Source of the DNA: Spirochaetaceae bacterium
GTDB lineage: Bacteria > Spirochaetota > Spirochaetia > B11-G9
NCBI GenBank assembly: GCA_030600745.1
Contig: JAUVLL010000003.1
Location: forward strand, 1 to 32,658
DNA: 32,658 nucleotides
Direction: 5' to 3'
The position numbers and the translations under genes are program-made. Each line of letters begins with the position of its first letter. The first letter of the stretch is position 1. The notes under the pieces are model-generated. The model saw only the letters and a list, made by a program, of their open reading frames with translations. It was not told the origin of the DNA and ran no database searches. Below are positions 1-9,468 of the stretch, in pieces.

Positions 1-952
1 GCAGAAGATGAATTGCAAACCCGGATATCTCCTTATCCAGATAGACTGCTATCATTTTACCATTTTTTTCTTTCGCTGTTTCGGGGAGGGTATTTACACC
101 ATTTCTTTTGAAATATGCAATGGCTCTTTCTATACTGTTTGTTCCAATGGCAATGTGACCATGTTCTCCCAAAAACTCTGTTTTCATTATTTCAAACTCT
201 GTTCCTGCAAAAATCGAACTGCTTCCCTCTTTGACAGGAAAGGAGAGTAAAGATGCAAAATCATCTGCAGCAGATTTAGCACTGCTTTCATTTTCTTCAT
301 TTATTCCAAGATGCATCAGTTCAAAACCAAGCATATTCATAACTGCTTCTTTAGTTATCTTTGTTATCTCTTCGAAATTACCGGAACTTATCATATCCGG
401 TTTAACCATCCATGTCCCACCGCAGGCCAGTACTCTTTCCGATGCAAGATAAGTGTTTAGATTCCCTGTATTAATGCCCCCTGTAGGCATGAATTTTAAA
501 TTTCCATAGGGAGAAGCCATTGAGTTTAACATAGAAAGCCCTCCGGAAGCTTCGGCAGGAAAAAACTTCAGAACTTTCAGATCCATTTTTAATGCCATCT
601 CTATTTGTGTTGGATTATTAACACCAGGAATTACTGGTATGTTATTGCTAATGCAGTAATCAACAACATCAGGATTAAAACCCGGAGCTACAATAAACTC
701 TGCCCCTGCACTAATAGCTTTTTCTACCTGATCTATCGTTAGAACAGTCCCTGCTCCCAGAAGCATATCAGGAAGCTCATTATGAATTCTCTTTATGGCC
801 TTCTCTGCTGCATCTGTACGAAAAGTAATTTCTGCAACAGGTAAACCACCCATAACCAGAGCTCTCCCCAGATTTACCGCATCATCTGCATCCATAATTT
901 TTACTACCGGGACAATCCCCAGCTCACCAATTCTTTCTTCCATTGTGTCCAT
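1..952 (-). CDS. eda: KDPG/KHG aldolase with ~110-aa C-terminal extension; 3' end runs off the window
   Basis: Not in the ORF track; translated by hand from ATG at 952 (AGGAG RBS upstream): MDTMEERIGELGIVPVV...AEITFRT...GAGTVL...LKFFPAEASGG...FMPTGGI...ACGGTWMV. Frame stays open to the window edge. Confidence 0.93.
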   Translation of the reverse strand, partial: MDTMEERIGELGIVPVVKIMDADDAVNLGRALVMGGLPVAEITFRTDAAEKAIKRIHNELPDMLLGAGTVLTIDQVEKAISAGAEFIVAPGFNPDVVDYCISNNIPVIPGVNNPTQIEMALKMDLKVLKFFPAEASGGLSMLNSMASPYGNLKFMPTGGINTGNLNTYLASERVLACGGTWMVKPDMISSGNFEEITKITKEAVMNMLGFELMHLGINEENESSAKSAADDFASLLSFPVKEGSSSIFAGTEFEIMKTEFLGEHGHIAIGTNSIERAIAYFKRNGVNTLPETAKEKNGKMIAVYLDKEISGFAIHLL

Positions 953-973
953 GTTTAATCCTTCTCCTAAAAA

Positions 974-2005
974 TTATCTTATTCTCTTCAAAGATTCTCG
1001 TTCAATAATTACTGAACGAAGATATATATGTTTTTCCTGTAGTTTTTCTCCATCAAGTAGTGTTTTAAGCATTCTAAATGCTAAAATACCTCTTCTATGT
1101 CCTTCCACTTTCTCTGTTGTAAGGGGTGGATGTATATACTTTGAAATAGGAATATTATCTACACCTACAACACTTATATCATCCGGAACTTTCATTCCTG
1201 CAGCGGTGACAGCTGCTATGAATGAGATGGCAATATCATCGGCAGAAGCTATTACTACAGACGGCTTTGTTTTAAGCTGAAGAAAATTGTCCGCACCTTT
1301 ACGCCCTGCATTTCCTGCATCAAGATCTTCAAAAACAAAATGCCAGTCACTGTTATATTCTATACCAGATTCATCCAGAGCAGTTTTTACACCATTCATT
1401 CTGTTTTTTACTGAAAGAATATCTGAAGAATTATCAATGGTTCCAATATTACTATGTCCCATAGAAATTACGTACATCGTAAAATCATATGCATTACTCT
1501 CATTACTGAATGAAACAGAAGGAAACCTCTCAAAAACTTCAGAGTAGTTCAGGAGCACAACAGGAATTTCAATATCACCGGGATTATCAATACTTTCCAA
1601 AGCTCTTTCAGTTTTCTTAAGCCCCATTACAATAAGCCCATCTACACTCTGGTCCTTCAATATTCGTGGCAGAGCATCGGTGCATTTCTCAACAATTACA
1701 GATACTTTTAATCCCATTTTATTCGCTTCAGAACTGATTCCCCGGAGTGTCTCCATGGAGATATAGTCAGTGAAATGATAATTGGGATTCAGATTTAAGA
1801 TTACGCCAATTGTTCCGGTGCTTCTGCCTCTTAGACTTCGGGCAGCAAGATTGGGAACGTAGCCTGTATCTTCAATAACTTTAAGAATTTTAAGGCGTTT
1901 GGATTCCTCCACAAAAGAGTTGCCTGTCAATACTCTCGATACAGTACTCTTTGAGACCCCTGCAATCCTGGCAATATCAGAAATAATAATATTTTTCTTT
2001 TCCAT
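974..2005 (-). CDS. LacI-family transcriptional regulator
   Basis: N-terminal HTH ISDIARIAGVSKSTVSRVL, hinge YVPNLAARSL, C-terminal VPDDISVVGVDN...PPLTT. Confidence 0.95.
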   Translation of the reverse strand: MEKKNIIISDIARIAGVSKSTVSRVLTGNSFVEESKRLKILKVIEDTGYVPNLAARSLRGRSTGTIGVILNLNPNYHFTDYISMETLRGISSEANKMGLKVSVIVEKCTDALPRILKDQSVDGLIVMGLKKTERALESIDNPGDIEIPVVLLNYSEVFERFPSVSFSNESNAYDFTMYVISMGHSNIGTIDNSSDILSVKNRMNGVKTALDESGIEYNSDWHFVFEDLDAGNAGRKGADNFLQLKTKPSVVIASADDIAISFIAAVTAAGMKVPDDISVVGVDNIPISKYIHPPLTTEKVEGHRRGILAFRMLKTLLDGEKLQEKHIYLRSVIIERESLKRIR

Positions 2006-2020
2006 CTGTTTTATTGTTGA

Positions 2021-3067
2021 TTATAAATCAACAGCCTTTTTTTCTTTATTTGACTGATAAAGAGTATGAATTATTTTCAAGGCATTTAATCCTGTTTCTG
2101 CCGTTGTCCCTGGCTGTTGTGCAGAACTGCCTTCAACACAGTCCAGAAAATGTTTCATCTCATCCTTATACCCCAGTGATTCATGTTCATTTACTGCAGG
2201 TTTTGTCCACCCTTTTGTTGTATCTGCTTTTTCCACTGCATATTTAAACCCGTTCCTCGAATAAACAGTTAGAGGATTCCCAAAGGTCATATCCACTTTA
2301 AGTACCCCTTCTGTTCCATAGAACTCCACAATATCATCCATTCCGCCAGTAGTAATATAATTAGCTTCTATAAGAACACGTGGTCCATTTGTGTAGGTTA
2401 AAATACCTATTCCCCAGTCTTCTCCTTCCATTTTTTTATGAACAAAATTTCCATCAAGACCATCTGTACATACACCAACAATAGAGTCGGGCATTCCAAA
2501 AAGATCGTAAAAGAAAGTGGCTGCATGAATACCAAGATGAACAACAGCACCCCCTCCGCAAAACTTAATTGTCTGGGCAAAGGGAGAATGGGAGCCGTTA
2601 TGGGTTTCCTTCCCCTTGCAGTAAAGAAGGGTGCCAATTCCACCTTCATCTATTATCTCTTTAGCCCTGACAAGAGCAGGGGCAAAAATCCAATCCTCAG
2701 CATAAAAATAGATGCGCCCTGTTTTTTTCTGAACTGTTGCAACCTTCTCTGCATCTTCTATGGTTGTGGCCATGGGTTTTTCACAGATAACATGTTTTCC
2801 CGCTTCCATAGCTGCTATAGCCACTTCTGCATGAAGAAAGTTAGGCAGACATATATCGATAACATCTATATCCGGATCAGAAAGCATCTTCTGGTAAGTA
2901 TCATAATCTTTTCCGACGCTATATTTTCCCTTGTAGGCAGTCCTTGTTTTCTCATCCAGATCTGCAATCGCGTATATATCGGCATTATGCATGGTTTTCC
3001 ACATATCCCCATGGAATTCTCCTGCAAATTTTGCGCCGACTATCCCTATTTTGATTCTGGTGCTCAT
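2021..3067 (-). CDS. Gfo/Idh/MocA-family NAD(P)-dependent oxidoreductase
   Basis: IGIVGA Rossmann start, DICLPNFLHAE, HVICEKPMA, GGGAVVHLGIH. Confidence 0.92.
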   Translation of the reverse strand: MSTRIKIGIVGAKFAGEFHGDMWKTMHNADIYAIADLDEKTRTAYKGKYSVGKDYDTYQKMLSDPDIDVIDICLPNFLHAEVAIAAMEAGKHVICEKPMATTIEDAEKVATVQKKTGRIYFYAEDWIFAPALVRAKEIIDEGGIGTLLYCKGKETHNGSHSPFAQTIKFCGGGAVVHLGIHAATFFYDLFGMPDSIVGVCTDGLDGNFVHKKMEGEDWGIGILTYTNGPRVLIEANYITTGGMDDIVEFYGTEGVLKVDMTFGNPLTVYSRNGFKYAVEKADTTKGWTKPAVNEHESLGYKDEMKHFLDCVEGSSAQQPGTTAETGLNALKIIHTLYQSNKEKKAVDL

Positions 3068-4281
3068 TCCGTATCTCCCTTTTTAACCATAGTAATTGCG
3101 CTTGTTGGACAAATATCTACACAGGTAGAACAGCCCATACAGGTTTTTGATTTTATTGTAGTCACCTTAACAGGGTGGGTTATTGCAGTGCAGTGTCCAA
3201 TTTTCCAGCAAAGACCGCAGGATGTACATCTATCAAGATCAACTACTGCATATCCCTCATCAATCTTTAAATCTTTTGCAGCCTTTATATTCTGAAGAAG
3301 TAGATCTCTAAAATCACTTATTTTATTATAACTCATATCAGACATATACTGTTTTAACTCATCAATCAATTTCGGCAGCCATGCAAATCCCCGAAGCATT
3401 GTTTCTGTACATATCCAGAGGGCATCTGCTCCAAGCATAATATGTTCAACAGCGGATTGAAGATCATGAATACCGCCGGAATTTAAAAGTGTTGGATTGG
3501 GACCAAGAAGGCTTCTCATTTCATAGATGTCACGTAATGCTAAGGGACGTATCCATGGACCGGAAAGACAACCTAGTGTAATATTGCTTTGAAGACGGAA
3601 TATTGTTCCCATAGGATTTCTAATATCAATATCGGGAATACCAAGCCTGCTGGCAGTCCCTCCTACAGCATCAGCACCTGCCTCAATGCAGGCCCGGGCA
3701 GATTTTGCAATTTCACCGCCTTCGGGAGTTATTTTTACAAGAACTGGAATAGAAACGCTATCTTTTACTATTTCAACTATCTCTTTTAATGCTTCCGGTT
3801 CTTTCCCTAAACTGGCTCCTGTCAGCTGGACAGAGCTGTCACCGGTTGTTTCGGTGTTAAAAGACATATTTGGACAGCACATATTAAGTTCAATTATGTC
3901 TGAACCTGCATCTTCAAATTGCTTTGCAAGTCTTCCCCACCCTTCAGGATCGGGTCCATCATAGGTCAGATTAGGAATAAGCGCTATATCCTTAACTATC
4001 TTTCTGGCCTCTTCCAATAATTTGAGACCTTCCCCTGTAGTAAGGCGTTTTTCTGCAGAAAAAATATTATATCCCTTTTTTTTAAGCCATCTGTATCTGG
4101 GGGGAAGGCTTATGTAGGGTTCAGGATCTATAACCAGTTTCATGGAAACACCTGCCCATCCACTATCCTCTGCAGCACGAATTTGATCAAGATTTTTTAC
4201 AGTTGGACCGGAGCCTACAATAAAGGGATTTTTTAATGTCACATCACCAATTTTTACGGATAGATCTACAGTTTTACTCAT
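3064..4281 (-). CDS. Dihydropyrimidine dehydrogenase PreA-like / dihydroorotate dehydrogenase-family FMN enzyme with C-terminal 4Fe-4S domain
   Basis: LKNPFIVGSGP, IELNMCCPN, PVLVKITP, LSGPWIRP, SGGI; ferredoxin motifs CTSCGLC...HC and CMGCSTCVDICP. Confidence 0.85.
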   Translation of the reverse strand: MSKTVDLSVKIGDVTLKNPFIVGSGPTVKNLDQIRAAEDSGWAGVSMKLVIDPEPYISLPPRYRWLKKKGYNIFSAEKRLTTGEGLKLLEEARKIVKDIALIPNLTYDGPDPEGWGRLAKQFEDAGSDIIELNMCCPNMSFNTETTGDSSVQLTGASLGKEPEALKEIVEIVKDSVSIPVLVKITPEGGEIAKSARACIEAGADAVGGTASRLGIPDIDIRNPMGTIFRLQSNITLGCLSGPWIRPLALRDIYEMRSLLGPNPTLLNSGGIHDLQSAVEHIMLGADALWICTETMLRGFAWLPKLIDELKQYMSDMSYNKISDFRDLLLQNIKAAKDLKIDEGYAVVDLDRCTSCGLCWKIGHCTAITHPVKVTTIKSKTCMGCSTCVDICPTSAITMVKKGDTE

Positions 4282-4295
4282 GAAGCTTTCTCCTG

Positions 4296-5957
4296 CTAAG
4301 CCTGGAAAACAACTTTTCCTCCAAGAACTGTTGTTTTGACTTTTATGTTTTTAATGGTATTTTCATTACAGAATAGATAATCAGTATCAAGAATAAGCAT
4401 ATCGGCAAGTTTGCCAGGTTCTATGGATCCTTTAATACTCTCTTCACCTGTGGAGTAAGCTCCGGCAATGGTATACAATCGGAGTGCTTCTTCTCTTGTA
4501 ATTGTTTCTTTTCTATTGATAATTCGTCCATCTTCCACTTCCCTTGTAATCATAGTCTGAATAGACAGAAATGGATTGTAGGGATTTATTGAGCGAATAG
4601 AATCAAACTTTACCATATGGTCCGATCCTCCGGCAAGTTTTACATTTGAATCAAGCATCGAACGTAGGGGCAGAAACTTATCCCGGTATTCTTTCCCCAG
4701 AATATATTCAATATAGGAAGCATCCTTATACAGCCAGGCAATTTGAAACTCTATAATAACTCCCAGTTTTGCTGCCCTCTTTATTGCAGCAGAATCAAAG
4801 AAGTTCCCATGAATTACAGACCAGCGCAATTTTTTTATCTTTTTAATTTTATCTGCTTTCTCATAAGCAGTAAGAAGCATCTCCAGAGCTTTGTCTCCAA
4901 TACAGTGTGCTGTAAACTTCCAGTTATACTTTACTGCAGCCATGGCAATCTCTGTTAGCTGCTCCTGTGTGTAATTGAGATGCCCATAATAGTCGCTTCC
5001 GTCAAATCCGAATATTCCCTGACATTTTTTACCCCAGGGTTTATTTATTGCTGCAGTGCCTGTTAAAATGCCTCCATCCAGAAATATTTTTAAAGGACCT
5101 GTTCGAACAAATTCATCTCCATATCCGGTTCTATTCTTCATTTCTGCAACAACACTCTCTGCTGATTGACCGGAGGTCTTGAAATCCGGGATATGACACA
5201 TATTCACCCGGACATTCAGGCGGCCTTCTTTTTTCAGGGTCAGGTACTGTCCGTAATCCGAATCCTTGACCATCCCGTCGGTGATGCTTGTAATTCCGAC
5301 ATGATTGTACCGGTTCAGCATGGTCTCAAGATTCTCTGTTGTTAATGCATTCCCGGCCTTCTTATTCCTGTTGCACCCCAGAATAGGAAAAAGTTCCGGG
5401 CGTATAATGCCCAGAGGATTCCCGGTTTCCGGATCGGTCAGGATTCCCGGATGCAGTTTCTCTGTCAGAAGCCCGGAGTCCCGGAGTGCCCTGGTATTCA
5501 CCATACCGCTATAGGTTCCATCCAGAAAAAGGGGATGATCAGGGGCAAGAGAATCCAGATCTGCCAAAAGAGGGTACTTCCTCTCACGGGTTCTGGTAAT
5601 AAAAAATTTCGGATGGATAATCCATTCACCCGGTTTTTTCAAGGAGACTTCCGTCTCTATCCAGGCCAGGAGTTCTTCCCTGGTATGGATATCCGGAATT
5701 TCTCCCGAAACTTCACTTACCGCAGCCATGGTGGGATGAAGATGGGAATCATTTAAACCAGGAATAATAGTAGAGCCTTCGAGGTCTATCAGTACAGTGT
5801 TATCTGAAGCTAAAGAGAGCACATCAGTATCAGATCCAACAGTCAGAAATCTATCTTTCGAGACAGCAAGTGCCTGTGCAATGCTAAAATTTGCATCTAC
5901 AGTAACTATTTTGCCATTATAATAGATTGTATCCGGATTAGAGACATTTGGAACCAT
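4296..5957 (-). CDS. Amidohydrolase (Amidohydro_3, YtcJ-like)
   Basis: IPGLNDSHLH, KIFLDG, AHCIGD, VIHGN, GGSD, GSIEPGKLADM. Confidence 0.9.
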   Translation of the reverse strand: MVPNVSNPDTIYYNGKIVTVDANFSIAQALAVSKDRFLTVGSDTDVLSLASDNTVLIDLEGSTIIPGLNDSHLHPTMAAVSEVSGEIPDIHTREELLAWIETEVSLKKPGEWIIHPKFFITRTRERKYPLLADLDSLAPDHPLFLDGTYSGMVNTRALRDSGLLTEKLHPGILTDPETGNPLGIIRPELFPILGCNRNKKAGNALTTENLETMLNRYNHVGITSITDGMVKDSDYGQYLTLKKEGRLNVRVNMCHIPDFKTSGQSAESVVAEMKNRTGYGDEFVRTGPLKIFLDGGILTGTAAINKPWGKKCQGIFGFDGSDYYGHLNYTQEQLTEIAMAAVKYNWKFTAHCIGDKALEMLLTAYEKADKIKKIKKLRWSVIHGNFFDSAAIKRAAKLGVIIEFQIAWLYKDASYIEYILGKEYRDKFLPLRSMLDSNVKLAGGSDHMVKFDSIRSINPYNPFLSIQTMITREVEDGRIINRKETITREEALRLYTIAGAYSTGEESIKGSIEPGKLADMLILDTDYLFCNENTIKNIKVKTTVLGGKVVFQA

Positions 5958-5959
5958 TC

Positions 5960-6667
5960 CTACTCTGTTCCTCCCAGGTAAGCTCTTTTAACTACAGGGT
6001 CATCCATAATTAGTCTACCTTCCCCTTCTGCAACTATCCTGCCTGTTTCCATTACATAGGCATAATCAGAAATCGAAAGGGCTTTCCGGGCATTCTGTTC
6101 TACAAGAAGTATTGTTAATCCTTCGTTATTTAATTTCTGAAGAAGCTCAAAGATCTCCAGTACAATAAGGGGTGCAAGACCAAGAGATGGCTCATCAAGG
6201 AGAAGAATTTTGGGCTCTGACATAAGAGCTCTGCCAATGGCCAGCATCTGCTGTTCTCCCCCTGAAAGAGTTCCGCCACCCTGATTTCCCCTTTCTTTAA
6301 GAATAGGGAACCAGCTATAAACTTTTTCAAGACTTTTTTCAGTTTGTTTTTTACTCTTAATCCTATAGGCACCAAGAATTAAATTCTCATAAACAGAAAT
6401 TGAGGGGAAAATTCGCCTCCCTTCAGGGACCTGCACAACTCCACGATTAACTATTTTTCTTGGTTTTGTAATAAGGCTCTCATTATCCAGAAGAATTTTA
6501 CCGGATTTAGGGGAGACCATTCCGCTTATTGAATTTATTGTGGTTGATTTACCAGCTCCATTAGCACCGACTATACTAACTATCTGGCCCTTTTGCAGCT
6601 TTAATGAAATACCATGCAAAGCTGTAATTCCACCATATGTAACTACTAAATCTTTAACTTCCAACAT
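5960..6667 (-). CDS. livF: Branched-chain amino acid-type (HAAT) ABC transporter ATPase, LivF-like
   Basis: GANGAGKST, VPEGRRIF, LSGGEQQMLAIGRALM, LLDEPSLGLAP, LLVEQN. Confidence 0.93.
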   Translation of the reverse strand: MLEVKDLVVTYGGITALHGISLKLQKGQIVSIVGANGAGKSTTINSISGMVSPKSGKILLDNESLITKPRKIVNRGVVQVPEGRRIFPSISVYENLILGAYRIKSKKQTEKSLEKVYSWFPILKERGNQGGGTLSGGEQQMLAIGRALMSEPKILLLDEPSLGLAPLIVLEIFELLQKLNNEGLTILLVEQNARKALSISDYAYVMETGRIVAEGEGRLIMDDPVVKRAYLGGTE

Positions 6668-6670
6668 CTA

Positions 6671-7435
6671 TTATACCTCATCTCCAAGATATGCCTGTAG
6701 TACTTTCTCATTTTTTCTAATCTCTTCAGGTTTCCCCTCTGCAATCTTCTGACCAAAGTCAAGAACATGAATCCTGGTACAAATTTTCATTACAAGCTCC
6801 ATGTGATGTTCCACAAGGATAATGGAAAGTTTCTGCTCTTCCTGTATTCTGGATATCAAATCAATTAGATCATGGATTTCCTGAGGGTTTAACCCGGCAG
6901 CCGGTTCATCGAGCAGGACAAGCTTAGGGTTCACTATCAATGCTCTGGCAAATTCCAGCCTTCGACGCAAACCATAGGCAAGACTGTCAGGTTTATAATT
7001 TTTGTACTTTTCAAGTCCAAAATCAGTCAGATAGCTCATTGCAAACTCATGAACCTCTTTTTCAACTCTTCTTACTTTTCCGCTATTGATCATCTGCTGC
7101 CAGAAGTTATACTCAGTTTTAAACCCATAAGCTACTTTGAGATTATCTATTACATTTAAATTGTTGAATAACCTAATATTCTGAAATGTTCTGGATATCC
7201 CCATCCTTGTACGTTCAAAAGAACTGTTTTTTGTAATATTATTTCCATTAAAAAAAACCTTACCGGAACTCAGCTGCTGGACTCCGGAAATAAGGTTGAA
7301 TATTGTAGTTTTCCCTGCTCCATTTGGTCCGATAATTCCTGTAATAATATTATCATTCTGGATCATGGAGTAATCTTTTACAGCCTGAACTCCGCCAAAA
7401 TTCTTTGATATTGAATCAACTTTTAAAACCTCCAT
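6671..7435 (-). CDS. livG: HAAT ABC transporter ATPase, LivG-like
   Basis: GPNGAGKTT, RTFQNIRLF, LAYG, LLDEPAAGLN, LVEHHM. Confidence 0.93.
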   Translation of the reverse strand: MEVLKVDSISKNFGGVQAVKDYSMIQNDNIITGIIGPNGAGKTTIFNLISGVQQLSSGKVFFNGNNITKNSSFERTRMGISRTFQNIRLFNNLNVIDNLKVAYGFKTEYNFWQQMINSGKVRRVEKEVHEFAMSYLTDFGLEKYKNYKPDSLAYGLRRRLEFARALIVNPKLVLLDEPAAGLNPQEIHDLIDLISRIQEEQKLSIILVEHHMELVMKICTRIHVLDFGQKIAEGKPEEIRKNEKVLQAYLGDEV

Positions 7436-8308
7436 CTATTTACCCTCCTTTGAAGTGGGTAGACGATGAATAAGAAAACGGAAAATCTTAGTAATTGAAA
7501 ATTCCCAGTTCCCAAATAATCCTTTTTCTCTGAACAATATTACAAGAATTACAATAAAACCAAGAATAACATCTCTCCACACATTGGCAAATCTGAATAC
7601 TTCCCCAAATGTGTAGTAAATAACAGATGTTAAAAAAGCACCCGTAAGGGAGTTTAATCCACCTACAAATACAATGATTATAAGTTTTGCAGATTCAATC
7701 CAGTTAAAAAGATTAGGTTCAATAAACATAATATTGAAGGCATACAAAGCACCGGCATAGGCACTTACAGCAGCAGAAAGCATAAAAACCTTCATTTTGT
7801 GGGAAAATACGTTTATACCTATTGCAGAAGCAGCTAACTCATCATCTTTAATGGCAATACAGTTTTTCCCAAAACGTGTTTTTTTTAAATTACTCATAAA
7901 CAACAGAATAACCAGTACGGATATACTTATTGTCGGTAGTCTTACATACTTTGGAATACCTGCAATACCCATTGCACCGCCTGTAAGCTGGGCAGTCCAC
8001 AACAATAATCCCCGCATCATTTCACTGAAACCAAATGTAATAAGGAGAAAATAATCTTTTCTTAATCTGAGTGTTGGTAATCCTATCAGAGCACCCACAG
8101 CAATACCCAGAAGAACTGCAAAAATAATAGCAATAACAGGATTAAAACCAAATTTTAAATAGCTGATAGCAGCCGTATAAGCTCCAAGAACAATAAAAGC
8201 GCCCTGTCCAAGTGAAAATAAACCGGTTAATCCGGTTAAAGGATAAATCCAAATAACAAAAATTGTATATAGAAGTGTTATTTCAAGAACTCTTGCATAA
8301 AACATCAT
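7436..8308 (-). CDS. livM: HAAT ABC transporter permease, LivM-like
   Basis: Hydrophobic; GLFSLGQGAF, LRLRKDYF, AIKDDELAASAIGIN. Confidence 0.9.
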   Translation of the reverse strand: MMFYARVLEITLLYTIFVIWIYPLTGLTGLFSLGQGAFIVLGAYTAAISYLKFGFNPVIAIIFAVLLGIAVGALIGLPTLRLRKDYFLLITFGFSEMMRGLLLWTAQLTGGAMGIAGIPKYVRLPTISISVLVILLFMSNLKKTRFGKNCIAIKDDELAASAIGINVFSHKMKVFMLSAAVSAYAGALYAFNIMFIEPNLFNWIESAKLIIIVFVGGLNSLTGAFLTSVIYYTFGEVFRFANVWRDVILGFIVILVILFREKGLFGNWEFSITKIFRFLIHRLPTSKEGK

Positions 8309-8317
8309 ATCTGACTC

Positions 8318-9202
8318 CTAAGCCTTAACCGCATAGAGTTTTCCGGAAATACCCTGGGGTCGGACAAGCAGTAAAACAAAAATACTAAGATAAATTAAGA
8401 TTGGGGTCACCGAAGCTCCCACTTTGGCAACAATGATGCTTTCTGTAATACCAAGGAGGATCCCGGCAATAACACCACCACCAAGACTTCCCATTCCTCC
8501 GATAATTGCAGCAATAATACCCTTAAGCATCAGTTCACCTATAAAAGGGGTGACTGTATAGGTCATTCCAAGAAAAAATCCGGTAATACCGGCAAGAATT
8601 CCAGCTATAAAAAAGGTTAGAGATATTATAAAATCCGTATCCACTCCCATTAGTGCAGGGGCCCATGAATCGGAAGAAGCTGCCCTTATGGCAATTCCCA
8701 TTTTTGTTTTTTTAAGAAAAATAGTAAGTCCAAGAAGAACAATTGCTGTTATTGCAAGCATCATTAGATAAATCTTGGAAACAACAAGTTCACCAAAGGA
8801 TGTTACAGCACTTTTCATCATTTCCGGATATGGAAAGTAATATCTTCCCCATAATGCGGAGAAAGTTTTTTGTACAATCATCATTACTGTTATTGAAGTT
8901 ACAAAAAAATAGGTCAGTGGTCTCTTTTTTATACGAATAGGTCTAAAAACAAGTTTTTCAAGTAGAACAGCAATAAAACCACCTAGAACAGCAGTAATAA
9001 CTAATGCAGGAATCATTTGTGATACTATATGTGTAGATATAAAAAAACCAATATAGGCACATATAGTCAAAACCGCACCATGAGAAAAATTCGAGAATTT
9101 AAGTATATTAAATATTATCCCGAATCCCACTGCTTCAAGGGCATATACACCACCCAGAGAAACACCATTAAGAATCTGCTGCAGAATAAAATCCATATTC
9201 AT
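8318..9202 (-). CDS. livH: HAAT ABC transporter permease, LivH-like
   Basis: QQILNGVSLGGVYAL, NFSHG, GIAIRA, AAIIGGMGS, RPQGI. Confidence 0.92.
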   Translation of the reverse strand: MNMDFILQQILNGVSLGGVYALEAVGFGIIFNILKFSNFSHGAVLTICAYIGFFISTHIVSQMIPALVITAVLGGFIAVLLEKLVFRPIRIKKRPLTYFFVTSITVMMIVQKTFSALWGRYYFPYPEMMKSAVTSFGELVVSKIYLMMLAITAIVLLGLTIFLKKTKMGIAIRAASSDSWAPALMGVDTDFIISLTFFIAGILAGITGFFLGMTYTVTPFIGELMLKGIIAAIIGGMGSLGGGVIAGILLGITESIIVAKVGASVTPILIYLSIFVLLLVRPQGISGKLYAVKA

Positions 9203-9231
9203 TTTATTACCACCAACTATAAAAATTTAAA

Positions 9232-9243
9232 GAAACCGATTTC
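9232..9243. promoter_or_regulatory. LacI-type operator O1 (GAAACCGATTTC)
   Basis: Fits the GAAAnCGnTTTC LacI-family pattern; lies directly downstream of the -10 of the leftward promoter; an inverted twin sits at 9416-9427. Confidence 0.75.
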
Positions 9244-9272
9244 ATGATATGAGATACTTTTCCAATTGTCAA
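9244..9272 (-). promoter_or_regulatory. Sigma70-type promoter of the leftward livH...eda operon
   Basis: TTGACA (9272-9267), 17-nt spacer, TATCAT (9249-9244). Confidence 0.75.
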
Positions 9273-9344
9273 TATAAATTACACTGATATTTCCTTCTAA
9301 ATTTCTATGTTACTGTGATTTCCATATATTTTTCTATCTTTTAC

Positions 9345-9373
9345 TTGCTTTATTAGATAAAATGAGCTAATAT
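9345..9373 (+). promoter_or_regulatory. Possible sigma70-type promoter of the binding-protein operon
   Basis: TTGCTT, 17-nt spacer, TAATAT; weaker match in AT-rich DNA. Confidence 0.45.
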
Positions 9374-9415
9374 CTTCTTAATATTGGTGGAATTGGTTGT
9401 TGTTAGTATTTGTAC

Positions 9416-9427
9416 GAAATCGGTTTC
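9416..9427. promoter_or_regulatory. LacI-type operator O2 (GAAATCGGTTTC)
   Basis: 9416-9429 is the exact reverse complement of 9230-9243 (14 bp). Confidence 0.75.
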
Positions 9428-9468
9428 TTCAAAAAATACAATAATTTAGTGAAGAAAGGAGAACGAAA

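Noticed and set aside
8-3295. Plus-strand ORFs such as 8-250, 231-452, 795-1280 and 2438-3295
   Set aside because: Antisense shadows of well-supported minus-strand genes (eda, lacI, oxidoreductase) with no recognisable motifs. The same applies to the other short overlapping ORFs in the track, e.g. 29188-29733.
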